From Halomicronema hongdechloris C2206 (lineage in GTDB: Bacteria; Cyanobacteriota; Cyanobacteriia; Phormidesmidales; Phormidesmidaceae): a stretch of DNA of 32,000 nucleotides. Below the pieces are notes generated by a model, which was not told where the DNA came from, made no database searches, and saw nothing but the letters and a program-made list of their open reading frames with translations. The stretch spans positions 2,550,001-2,582,000 of the forward strand of contig NZ_CP021983.2 of assembly GCF_002075285.3 (NCBI RefSeq). The letters run 5' to 3'. Shown piece after piece: positions 14,624 to 23,394 of the stretch. The translations under genes and the position numbers were made by a program. Within the stretch, counting starts at the first letter, position 1. Every line of letters begins with the position of its first letter.

Positions 14624-17146
14624 ATGAAATCCACCTCCACCAGCCAAGACGGTACTCTGCTGGGCCTGCTCACCGTTGCCCTCTATGCAGTATTTACCCT
14701 GCTGCCCGGCAGCAGCACCATGATGGTGTCGTGGCCTTGGGTGTTTCTCTGGCAGGCAGCCTTGGCCTTACCCATTCTCTGGTTGCTCTGGCAGCTGTGG
14801 CACAAACCCCTGCGAGCCTTTCGCCTTGGCGGCGGCCTCGATTGGATTGTAGCCTTGGGAGTCATCGGCTTAATCGTGTCCACCCTAGGGGCCGAGTTTC
14901 CGCAGCAGGCCCGCTGGTATGGTTGGGCTGCCCTGGGCGGTGTCGCCGCTGTCTATGCCCTGCGGGGCTGGCTGACCACGCCACGGCGCTGCCTGCGACT
15001 ACTACAAGGTCAGGGGGGGCTAGCCATTGCCTTCATCCTGGTCAGCCTGGGCCTGTGGTTGAGCCAGATCTACTGGCCAGAATTGGCTCGGCTGGAGACG
15101 CTGCAACAGTATGGCGTCGAGCAATCATTTAACTTCAATCTCACCAGTCTGCGCAACTGGCAGCCCATCGGCCATCAGAATTATGTGGCCGGGTATTTAG
15201 TGTTAATGCTGCCGCTGCTGGCGGGTCTGGCCTGGGTCGGTCGCGGCTGGCAGCGGTGGCTGTGGCTGGGGGGTGGGTTACTAGGGCTGGTGGATCTCTA
15301 CACCACCAGTTCCCGTGGCGGTTGGCTGGCCTTGATTGCCACGGCGGTGGTGGCCCTAGCGGTGGCCCTGCTGCGCAGTCCTCTGCCGAAAAAGGTTGTG
15401 TTGCCCGCCGGGGCGGTGGGGGTGATCGCCCTGGTGGGGTTGGCCCTGGCCAACCCACGCATTCGCCAGCTGGTGCTGGCCTTGCTCTCGGGTCGCACCC
15501 AGAGCGGCGAGCTGGCCTATCGTTTCATTACCAATGCCGTGGGCTGGGCCATGGGCAAAGCTCATCCCTGGAGCGGCATCGGTCTGGGCGGCGTGCCGGT
15601 GGCCTATCAGGCCTATCGCCCCGCCTGGGCTGGCCGGGAGGCGGAGCTGCAGTTTCAACTCCACGGCACTCCGGCCCAGCTGTGGGCAGAACTGGGCATC
15701 TGGGGCATTCTGATTCCTCTGCTGCTAAGCGGTTGGGGGCTCTACTGCACTTGGCGTTGGCTGAGGCATCCATCTCCTAATCAGCTGCTAGCCCCCCTGG
15801 TATGGAGTCTGTTGGCGGGGCTGCTGGCCTGTGGCCTCATCAGCCTAACCGATTATCAACTGGATATTCTCTGTATCAGCGGTGGCCTGGCTCTCTATGG
15901 AGCCGTCCTGGCAACTACCTTTCATTCGCCAGGTTCGGCATCATCTCCCCCCCAGAGGATAACCCGTGGCCTAGTGGGCTTAGGCTTGGGGCTGACTGTC
16001 GCCATGGGGGTTTGGCTGGTTCCCATCCATCGCGCCTGGCAGCTTTCCAGTCAGGGCTTTGCGGCCATCCGCCAAGACGACCTACCTACCTTTGTCCAAA
16101 CCCTGGAGCGTGCCCACCAGTTGGCCCCCTGGGAGCCCTACTATCCCTATCAACTGGGCTGGAAATTGGGGGATCTCAGCTATCAAGCACCGCCAGAGGT
16201 AGCCGAGCGCCTCAGGCGTGATGCCATCACCTGGTTTCAGCGGGGTCTAAAAGCCTCACCTTATCAAGAATTTGGCCACTCTAACCTGGGCTGGCTGCAG
16301 GTGCAAGTTGAGCCCAAGGCGGCGGTCCAATCCTTTACCCGCTCAGCCCAGTTGGTGCCTGCTAAGCAGGGAGTGTTTTTTGGGTTGGGCTTTAGCCTAT
16401 TGCGGGCGGGTCAACCGGAGCAGGCCACGGAGGCGATGGTGCTAGAGTTGTTGCGCCATCCCCTGGGGCTGACCAGCCCCGTGTGGCAAACCGGGCAATT
16501 TAGCCCGCTCTATGCGCCAATGCTGGCTTCTCTGGAGGCCCGTTACAGCGAATTTTTAGAGCAATTGGCTCCTGGGAATGGTCTAACTCGTTACCTGCAC
16601 CAGCTCCGGGGCAGTCTGCGCTGGTGGCAAGGGGATCTGGCTGGGGCTGAGGCCGATTGGACCATAGGAGGAACGGTCATCAGCCGAGCGGTGTTAGATC
16701 TGGCTCAGGGACAGCCTGTGGACGCTGCAGCGTTACCCGATAGCCCTGGCAAGTTTGCCATCTTGGCTTGGCAAACCCCTTCAGAGCGGCGGGCCTTGCT
16801 GGAGAAAGCCTGGGTGACTCAGCCAGAGGATCTACCTCAGCTGGAGGAAGGGCTGCCACCGCCAGAGATGATCGATCAGCTGGTGCAGTCGATGCGAGCA
16901 GCTGAGAGTTTTGATCAGTGGTTGCACATCGCCCCCACTTGGGAACCCCGCAGTAAGCGATTGGGGTTCGGTGTGCTCAGCCGCCATATCGATGGGCTGT
17001 TGCCTGCCGACTATTTACCCCGCATCGAGAATGTGGCCATGGTGAAGTTTTTTGAGGAGCTATTGCCGTCTCCTACTTATAGGCCGGAGTGGGATCGGGC
17101 TCTGCAACCGCAACGGCAAGGGTTGATTCAGTCGTTGGCGATGTGA
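14624..17146 (+). CDS. O-antigen ligase/polymerase-like (Wzy_C) membrane protein with TPR-like C-terminal half
   Basis: TSSRGGWLAL, GIGLGGV...FQLHGTPAQLWAELGIWG and many TM helices. It starts 3 nt after the paralog stop. Confidence 0.85.
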   Translation: MKSTSTSQDGTLLGLLTVALYAVFTLLPGSSTMMVSWPWVFLWQAALALPILWLLWQLWHKPLRAFRLGGGLDWIVALGVIGLIVSTLGAEFPQQARWYGWAALGGVAAVYALRGWLTTPRRCLRLLQGQGGLAIAFILVSLGLWLSQIYWPELARLETLQQYGVEQSFNFNLTSLRNWQPIGHQNYVAGYLVLMLPLLAGLAWVGRGWQRWLWLGGGLLGLVDLYTTSSRGGWLALIATAVVALAVALLRSPLPKKVVLPAGAVGVIALVGLALANPRIRQLVLALLSGRTQSGELAYRFITNAVGWAMGKAHPWSGIGLGGVPVAYQAYRPAWAGREAELQFQLHGTPAQLWAELGIWGILIPLLLSGWGLYCTWRWLRHPSPNQLLAPLVWSLLAGLLACGLISLTDYQLDILCISGGLALYGAVLATTFHSPGSASSPPQRITRGLVGLGLGLTVAMGVWLVPIHRAWQLSSQGFAAIRQDDLPTFVQTLERAHQLAPWEPYYPYQLGWKLGDLSYQAPPEVAERLRRDAITWFQRGLKASPYQEFGHSNLGWLQVQVEPKAAVQSFTRSAQLVPAKQGVFFGLGFSLLRAGQPEQATEAMVLELLRHPLGLTSPVWQTGQFSPLYAPMLASLEARYSEFLEQLAPGNGLTRYLHQLRGSLRWWQGDLAGAEADWTIGGTVISRAVLDLAQGQPVDAAALPDSPGKFAILAWQTPSERRALLEKAWVTQPEDLPQLEEGLPPPEMIDQLVQSMRAAESFDQWLHIAPTWEPRSKRLGFGVLSRHIDGLLPADYLPRIENVAMVKFFEELLPSPTYRPEWDRALQPQRQGLIQSLAM

Positions 17147-17320
17147 TCGCTCAATAACCTATCTTGACTTCGTGCAACTTCATTACAAAATACTTCGCCA
17201 GCAAGAGCAAAACTGCGCCCTCGGGAATGGCAGCGTCTCAACCCTGTGATCGAGCTGGGATTGGGATGGTCCTGACACGGCTACAGCCGTCCGATGCAGT
17301 TGTCATTAAGCTCCATAGAC

Positions 17321-17446
17321 TTTTCTTTGGGACGCAGCCATTTTTTGCCGGTCCTTCTCTATAGTCAGACGGGACCCATTGATTTTTCTTTGGGACGCAA
17401 TCATTTTTGCCGGTCCTTCTCTATAGTTAGGCGGGACTCTGTGACG
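17321..17446. repeat. 63-bp tandem duplication (2 units plus a degenerate third)
   Basis: ttttctttgggacgcagccattttttgccggtccttctctatagtcagacggga at 17321 repeats as ttttctttgggacgcaatcatttttgccggtccttctctatagttaggcggga at 17384. Confidence 0.8.
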
Positions 17447-17530
17447 TTTCCATGGGCCGCATCGATTTTTCGGTGGGCCGCCAGCGTTTCTATGGGGGGC
17501 AGAGCGACATTTGGAATGCAAAATGCAAAA

Positions 17531-17740
17531 GTTGCCCGGAATGACGGAAGTCTTTTTCGCGGTGAGTCTGCTACCAACAGGAACCTACTACTGTCATTCC
17601 CGCGGCGGCGGGAATCCAGAGCGTAAACCTTGGCTTCGACTCAGACAGAGCCCTCTGCCTGGATTCCGGGTCGCGCTACGCTTGCCTGGAATGACGGGAC
17701 ACCACCTTGTCTGGCTGAAGTTGAAACGTTGCCCGGAGTG
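17531..17740. repeat. Nest of hairpin repeat elements (GTCATTCCCGC..GCGGGAATCC family)
   Basis: gttgcccggaatgacgg at 17531. gtcattcccgcggcggcgggaatccag at 17593-17619 has a perfect 8-bp stem. cctggattccgggtcgcgctacgcttgcctggaatgacg at 17659-17696 is the inverted copy of 2598-2640. gttgcccgga recurs at 17728. Confidence 0.55.
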
Positions 17741-17824
17741 TGGGTCGCGTCATAGGCATAGCATGACACTTTATTGAAGGGAAAATGATCCCCGCTCCGG
17801 GCTCTACTTTAAATTTTGAATTGC

Positions 17825-18931
17825 TCAGCTACAGTCTGCGAGTCTCGATGCGAGCCCAACCTCTAGGACCTGTATACTGTCGTAACAGCCCCCCCCGGAA
17901 TTATAAAGTGCAGGGAGGTGACCTTTCGGTGATGAGGTGCTAAATGTTACATCATAGTAGTAGTACGTCTGTCCGCGCTCCAATCCCCTCTTCCTCCAAC
18001 CGACTCGCCTTTCGAATTGTTCCAAAAGATTTCTCCGAATCTGCCAATCATCCGGGCACTTGCCGTCGAAAGTAGCACCACACTCGATGTAGATTTGCTG
18101 CTGCACGCTAAAGCCAAATCTCCCATGACTGTACTTCACCCAGAGCCGATCGATCGTCTTGAGGTCAGCACAGGGAAAGTTCAGAAGATCCTCGTCAGAA
18201 ATAGCGTACCAACTCCTCTTACCCATGGCGTCCAGCATCCGGTCTATCGTTTCCTGGTCCGCTCCTTTCCAGTCACATGCTTTCAGCAGCCGACGTAACC
18301 TAACATAGTCAATACCTTGCTCCGAACTCAGGTCATCCTCACCCCACAACACCGATTTCTCGATCTGGTTGGCTGCCAAATCGCTGAGGCTGAACTTTCG
18401 CCGACTGCGTTGGAGGGTATGCTTAGCCGCTGAGGTTAGGGGATAGGATTGCTCCACCAGGCGCTCAACCATGTTCCGGTAGGAGGCATATGGCGACAGA
18501 CAACGTTGCTGTATACGCTGAGCTTCTGCAGCAGGAATGGAAAGATGCTCCTGCAAGACATCTAAAAAAATGCGTTCTGTCTCCGTGATGGTGCCGTTTC
18601 CCTCCGAGACAATCCGAACAACTTCTTGCTGATATTGCTCTGCAGCAGCTTGGGGCTGCGGGCCAGGGGTCTGATATTGACTGGGGGAGAGCTGCTGACT
18701 GGCATCAATCTCGTTGAGCACTGCCTTGAGGGTATCTAGTCTGCAACCAATTGGACTCTCAACCCAGGTCAATAGTGCCTCAATACGAGTTGCAGGTGCT
18801 GCGGATGGCGGTGGGACATTACCCTCTGGAGGATTGAGGGCGAAGATCAAGCTGCCTAACTGAGGGGTTGGCAAGGCCGTCAGCCGATTAAACAGCTCCA
18901 GTCGGTTTTGGTAGTCAGAAGAATCCGGCAC
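17825..18931 (-). CDS. GUN4-domain protein with adaptor-like N-terminal domain and TerB/DnaJ-linker-like repeats
   Basis: The C-terminus reads DYVRLRRLLKACDWKGADQETIDRML...FPCADLKTIDRLWVKYSHGRFGFSVQQQIY...RRVGWRKRG...GHLP, the GUN4 core signature. The N-terminus (LFNRLTALPTPQLGSLIFALNPP...ATRIEALLTWVES) resembles effector-associated/adaptor N-domains of cyanobacterial multidomain proteins. Confidence 0.8.
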   Translation of the reverse strand: MPDSSDYQNRLELFNRLTALPTPQLGSLIFALNPPEGNVPPPSAAPATRIEALLTWVESPIGCRLDTLKAVLNEIDASQQLSPSQYQTPGPQPQAAAEQYQQEVVRIVSEGNGTITETERIFLDVLQEHLSIPAAEAQRIQQRCLSPYASYRNMVERLVEQSYPLTSAAKHTLQRSRRKFSLSDLAANQIEKSVLWGEDDLSSEQGIDYVRLRRLLKACDWKGADQETIDRMLDAMGKRSWYAISDEDLLNFPCADLKTIDRLWVKYSHGRFGFSVQQQIYIECGATFDGKCPDDWQIRRNLLEQFERRVGWRKRGLERGQTYYYYDVTFSTSSPKGHLPALYNSGGGCYDSIQVLEVGLASRLADCS

Positions 18932-19217
18932 AAGCTGACACGGTCAGAATGTAGGCAACTTGCCTCTTACTATAGGCTTTCTGCATCTGAGCTGTCAGTA
19001 CTGAGGGATGTGCCGAATCCTTTATGGCTCACACTCTACAAATCTAGATGCGAGAGAAGAAACTACTAAAATCCAGCCAAAACCAAACACCCCATAATTA
19101 ACGTAGGAACTCTTCCGGGAATCCCCCGTGATTGAGTCTGCAGACATTACAGTGCTTTAGTGTTCGACAATGTCCGCCCTACATGCCTACTTCACACTCG
19201 CCCCAAGGTGATGACCC

Positions 19218-21227
19218 ATGCGCATCTTTACTAAAGCGGCTCGACGACCCAGCGTCTCTCTGTTGAGAGGCACAGATCGAGCGCGGCTCAGCAACGGTTT
19301 GGATCAGAGGCGCTCTCTAGTTCACCTGCAGCGCTCGCCCTTTACAATCAGTTCCCCCAGAGATTCATACGAACAAGAAGCAGACCGCATTGCTGAACAA
19401 GGGATGCATATGCCTGAACCACAACTTCAGCAACGTTGTGCCTGTGGTGGAGGGTGTCCCCGATGTGAACAGGCGCAAGGCGGCGACAAATCATTGCTAA
19501 CGAAGCGTGTTTACCCCCCTAGCCTTGGCGGAGCCAGCGCTCCACCGAGTGTTCAGACGGTGATTGCTTCGTCCGGGCAGCCCCTAGATACACGCATCCG
19601 CCGGTCGATGGAGTTACGCCTCGATCACGACTTTAGCCAGATTCGCATCCATACGGATGGAAGGGCGGCTCAATCTGCTGAAGAAATAGGTGCGATCGCA
19701 TATACGAGTGGAACCAACATTGCGTTTGCCAGGGGAAAGTATCAGCCTGGTACGGTCAGTGGCCAGCGGCTGATTGCCCACGAGCTTGTACATGTCGTTC
19801 AACAATCTGGGCCTGACAACCTGTCTAGAAAAGCTTTTATTCAACGAGCCTGCCTACCAGATCCAGAGTGTGAGCCCCCTGACACGGGAGAAGCAAGAGT
19901 CGGTTCTGCTAAGCGGTTTGGCGAAGAAGTGACTGAGAAGGCGGCTCCCAAACGGGCCGAACGGAAGAAGCTGCCGCCTGAGACAGCACGCTCGGGTCTA
20001 CACGGTCGGCCCGCTGAGGCAGTTGAGCATCTATTTCAGGAACACATTTCCGATCTGCGGCCAGTAATCCACGGTGTCTTCGTAGACGAGGACTTGCCAG
20101 ACGATGTCGGTGCTTCCCGTGCTGATTGTCTCCAATGGGCGCAAGTGTCATTGCCACCGGGCACCAAAGTACCCGAATTCGAGGGGGCGGTTCATAGTTG
20201 CATTTTCGTACCCGCCGCCCTTGAGAGACAGGCAGCAATCTACAACTCAGGGGGGGTACCTGATCCTCGGTTCACGCGACAAGAGTGGTTACGTTGGGCA
20301 GTCCTGCGAGTGCTGACTCATGAAACGACCCATGCACGCTTTCTTGGCGCCAACATTCGTTATCCATCTTCTGATGAAAACTGTACAGAAGAGCGACTGG
20401 CTAAGGAAATCAGTGAGCTAGCCGCCGTCATCAGCGAATTTCCCTTTGTGAATCGGCTGAAGCAGGATCTTCAAGATGCCTGGTTCAATCACCACCTCAA
20501 AGATCCAACCGAGGTTACGGGTGAGAGCATTTCCGGAGCAATCCGAGATATTCGCTGCAGTTGCGAATGTCCTGACGCTGATGCCATGATTCGAGCCGCA
20601 TTTGAATTTGCCTCCTCATCCTGGACAGAGCGCCAGAAGCAGACTTTCCACGCACATATGAAGCGAGGCAAAGGGAAAGAATTCGACATCTATTGGCCGT
20701 ATGATGCGTCACGTACTGGGCGTGTTGGGCGTCATGAGCTATCGCTAGCAGCAGGCGTTGGCTTCAGTGGCTCCGACAAGCTGAAAGTAGCGATGTTGAC
20801 TTATCGCTACGTTATGTGGAATTGGGTGGAGGGCCGCCTGAGGGTAACAGGCGGGGTGCAACTAAACCTGGCGTCACTCTTTGAGTCTGATCCACACGGC
20901 GAGTTTGGCGCAGCCATAGGAGGCTTGCAATTTGTCTCGACGCCTGTGTCTCGTGACAAGAGGTTCGGCGGGTTCACAGGACGCTTAGAAACCGGCTTTG
21001 GCCTCGGCGAGTTTACCTTAGAGCCAGTCGCACCTCAGAGCCGTGAGACAACGGTGAGCAGCAGAGACTGGGTGCTTCAGGTGAGCGGAGGCGTCCAGTT
21101 CTTCATCCCCAGATTCACTCATTTAAGACCCGTATCGATCGAAGCCGCCTACCGTTTAGCGCAGCCCCTGGATTCCGATGCCAGGCAAATTAACACATTC
21201 AGCATATCGGCCATTTTACCGTTGTAA
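19218..21227 (+). CDS. DUF4157-domain (zincin-like) protein with an uncharacterised C-terminal extension
   Basis: SYEQEADRIAEQGM, CACGGGCPRCE, GQPLD, DHDFSQIRIHTD, AYTSGTNIAFARGKY and HELVHVVQQ (19779-19793) give the DUF4157 pattern. A second HExxH (HETTH) lies at 20319-20333. The last ~165 aa are rich in beta-strand-like segments. Confidence 0.8.
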   Translation: MRIFTKAARRPSVSLLRGTDRARLSNGLDQRRSLVHLQRSPFTISSPRDSYEQEADRIAEQGMHMPEPQLQQRCACGGGCPRCEQAQGGDKSLLTKRVYPPSLGGASAPPSVQTVIASSGQPLDTRIRRSMELRLDHDFSQIRIHTDGRAAQSAEEIGAIAYTSGTNIAFARGKYQPGTVSGQRLIAHELVHVVQQSGPDNLSRKAFIQRACLPDPECEPPDTGEARVGSAKRFGEEVTEKAAPKRAERKKLPPETARSGLHGRPAEAVEHLFQEHISDLRPVIHGVFVDEDLPDDVGASRADCLQWAQVSLPPGTKVPEFEGAVHSCIFVPAALERQAAIYNSGGVPDPRFTRQEWLRWAVLRVLTHETTHARFLGANIRYPSSDENCTEERLAKEISELAAVISEFPFVNRLKQDLQDAWFNHHLKDPTEVTGESISGAIRDIRCSCECPDADAMIRAAFEFASSSWTERQKQTFHAHMKRGKGKEFDIYWPYDASRTGRVGRHELSLAAGVGFSGSDKLKVAMLTYRYVMWNWVEGRLRVTGGVQLNLASLFESDPHGEFGAAIGGLQFVSTPVSRDKRFGGFTGRLETGFGLGEFTLEPVAPQSRETTVSSRDWVLQVSGGVQFFIPRFTHLRPVSIEAAYRLAQPLDSDARQINTFSISAILPL

Positions 21228-21306
21228 GGGCAGCACCTAGCTCAAATGTAGGGTGAGCATTGTGATTCAATGATGGGTATCACGACCAACCTGCTGGAGC
21301 CATGGC

Positions 21307-22218
21307 ATGATGACCCAACCTCTACCCTCAACATTCCTGACCATGGCTCTGGGGATGGGGCTGATGATAGTTTCCCTTGGGTGCCCTGGGGCTGAGGCTA
21401 GGAGTCTTGATCTGAGTCGTCCAGAAGACACGCTGCAGGCGTTCCGGAAGTTGCTCTGTTCTGTGGAAGATGGCCGCACCGTCTACTACGGCTGGGTGGG
21501 TCAGGTCTACAGTCGGGTGCCGGGGGAGCGGGATCGGCATCTGTTTAATGTGCAGGGAGTCAGCACTCGGGCCTGTGTCTCCCTGACCTCAGAGACAGGC
21601 TCGCCCGGGTTCCGTCAGGTGTCGCGAGAGGTGATGCTCTACCTCGACCCAGAGACCGATGCTGTCCTAGAACACTGGGACAACCCCTGGACCGGGGAGC
21701 GCAACCGGGTGATGGCGGTGGCCAATGATCCGGTGAATTCGTCGCCGTTTTGGGCCGAGACCACGGGGCAGCGCCTGCAGTTTCAATGGTTAGGGGAAAC
21801 AGATACTCTATTCTTATCAGTAGTGATTCCGCTGTTTTATCCCAATCCCCTGGGGAGTGATTATCAGGACTATGTGGGCGGCTACTACCACGCCATGGAG
21901 CTGTTCAATTTTGCCGTCGATCGCTCCGATCTGTTGGGCTCTGACCGGGAAGAGGTGAGTCAGGTGGCCCTTTCCTGGAGTCGAATTTCGCCCTGGTTGC
22001 CCTGGATGGAGATGGGCGGTCGCCCTGGAGAAATGGTGTTTCAGGCGGCCAGTACCCGACTAGAGGATTGGCGGCAACTGCCGCAACCGCTGCGGACCCA
22101 GATGGAGACGGAGTTTGCACTTTACCAAGAGCCACCGCCCCTGGATGATGATCGCCCCAACGAGACTACCTGGACGAATTTTCGGCATTATCTGGAGGCT
22201 CTCCCGACCATGGAGTGA
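21307..22218 (+). CDS. DUF1838-family protein with N-terminal signal sequence
   Basis: GRTVYYGWVGQVYSRVPGERDRHLFNVQG...SREVMLYLDPETDAVLEHWDNPWTGERNRVMAVANDPVN matches my memory of DUF1838. The hydrophobic N-terminus reads LTMALGMGLMIVSLGCPGAEA. Confidence 0.8.
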   Translation: MMTQPLPSTFLTMALGMGLMIVSLGCPGAEARSLDLSRPEDTLQAFRKLLCSVEDGRTVYYGWVGQVYSRVPGERDRHLFNVQGVSTRACVSLTSETGSPGFRQVSREVMLYLDPETDAVLEHWDNPWTGERNRVMAVANDPVNSSPFWAETTGQRLQFQWLGETDTLFLSVVIPLFYPNPLGSDYQDYVGGYYHAMELFNFAVDRSDLLGSDREEVSQVALSWSRISPWLPWMEMGGRPGEMVFQAASTRLEDWRQLPQPLRTQMETEFALYQEPPPLDDDRPNETTWTNFRHYLEALPTME

Positions 22219-22250
22219 ACAGGGGAAAGCGGCTCCAGTGCTGTTGTGGC

Positions 22251-22442
22251 TTAGCCGGTGCTGGCTTCTAGCCAGTCGAAGATTTGTTCTAGTTGATAGG
22301 TGGTGACGATGCCATACTGCCAAAGCACCATCGGCAGCAAATTTGGCATCGATGCCGACTGGCGCACTCCCAATGCGATCGCATCGGTAGGAACCGCAAG
22401 TTCTTGGTTTAGAAATTCAACGAGTCGGGCCTGCTTGCTCAT
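22251..22442 (-). CDS. DUF2949-family small protein
   Basis: LVEFLNQELAVPTDAIALGVRQ...LLPMVLWQYGIVTTYQLEQIFDWLE is a conserved cyanobacterial small-protein pattern. Confidence 0.75.
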   Translation of the reverse strand: MSKQARLVEFLNQELAVPTDAIALGVRQSASMPNLLPMVLWQYGIVTTYQLEQIFDWLEASTG

Positions 22443-22619
22443 GGTGTTACGTCTACTCCATTGGGGTAGTGTAGCGATGAAATCTGAAAATTACCTGTAT
22501 TTTTAGTGAGATTCAATAGAGTCTTAATCTTTTCCGGATCATAGTGATACAAAAGCTTACGCGCCGCTGGGATTGCGGGGTAGACACGCGCTGTAAGGGC
22601 CACTGGGTAAGGGGTTGCG

Positions 22620-22659
22620 GGCTGCTCGCATCGGCAGGGGCAACCGACAGCGAGCAGCC
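22620..22659 (-). terminator. Stem-loop 15 nt downstream of the 22674-23036 CDS
   Basis: Perfect 10-bp arms ggctgctcgc(22620-22629)/gcgagcagcc(22650-22659), with an inner tcgg/ccga extension. No U-tract follows, so terminator function is uncertain. Confidence 0.3.
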
Positions 22660-22673
22660 ACTAGGCCACCTGA

Positions 22674-23036
22674 CTATCGCTCTACCTGAGGAGTCACTCC
22701 TGTCTGCTTCAAGCAGTTTAGGTACTCCACCTCGGTGCTATCTAGCTCGTAGTCACCGTAGTCATCTTTGACATCGAAGACTTTCTCGAGAAAGTCATTG
22801 CCGGATTCGCTCAACGCTCGAGCCAAACTGGGCTGACTCAGTTCCTGGGGCAGACATTGGGCCACAGCGGTAAGGTCGCTGCCGTCGGCGGCGATGTACT
22901 CTACTGACTCCTCGGCGGTGTCGGCATAGGCCGGATTGTTGACACCGATCATAAGACCAACCATGCTGGCCAGTAATGCGATCGCAACGGTCCGCAGCCA
23001 AGTGCGGCTGCGCTGGATGAGTGTTGACAGAGTCAT
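22674..23036 (-). CDS. Hypothetical exported/anchored small acidic protein
   Basis: ORF with an N-terminal hydrophobic segment (TVAIALLASMVGLMIGVNNPAYA) and an acidic mature part containing two Cys. I recognise no family. Confidence 0.55.
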   Translation of the reverse strand: MTLSTLIQRSRTWLRTVAIALLASMVGLMIGVNNPAYADTAEESVEYIAADGSDLTAVAQCLPQELSQPSLARALSESGNDFLEKVFDVKDDYGDYELDSTEVEYLNCLKQTGVTPQVER

Positions 23037-23394
23037 AAGTCTTGTGGGCGGACGCTACGGTTTTATTGTAAGCGAATAAATTTACAAACTGTAACGACGA
23101 ATTGACTTTGCCGAGACTTTTATATCTAAAGGCATAGGACAACTCCCTGCCGTAGCCCGATCAGCATCGAGGTGCTAGTTTTTTGCGTCTCGTCTTGAGA
23201 CTTGAACTGCTCTTTTTGAGTCCCATAATAAGATTAATTGGACTGCTCATGAGGCTATCTTGTGGCAGCCAACCAGGGCCGAGTACACCAAGACAAGAGT
23301 CCTATTGCGTTTGTCAGGTAGCTTGGGACATTGAGAATCACTCCCATGCCTAGCCGCCTAGCAATCACGGTAGCAAGTTCCTGCCTCCTGAAGG

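Noticed and set aside
9742-16221. Many 60-270 aa ORFs inside or antisense to the GT26, sugar-transferase and ligase-like genes (for example 11794-12606, 12434-12784, 13127-13471, 15256-15780 and 15802-16221).
   Set aside because: They are Gly/Ala/Pro/Arg-rich shadow ORFs, as expected in off-frames of 65-70% GC coding DNA. Each is fully overlapped by a long ORF with clear family motifs. The first 24 codons of 11794-12606 are kept only as a possible frameshifted N-terminus.
17164-17777. ORFs 17164-17364, 17294-17626, 17306-17521 and 17511-17777.
   Set aside because: They are translations of tandem and hairpin repeats (for example FSLGRSHF repeated, and SFPRRRESRA). They mutually overlap and have no family resemblance.
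17825-22218. An extracellular contractile injection system locus, suggested by the DUF4157 domain.
   Set aside because: No sheath, tube, baseplate, spike or AAA+ ATPase genes are present anywhere in the window. Only the DUF4157 protein itself is reported.
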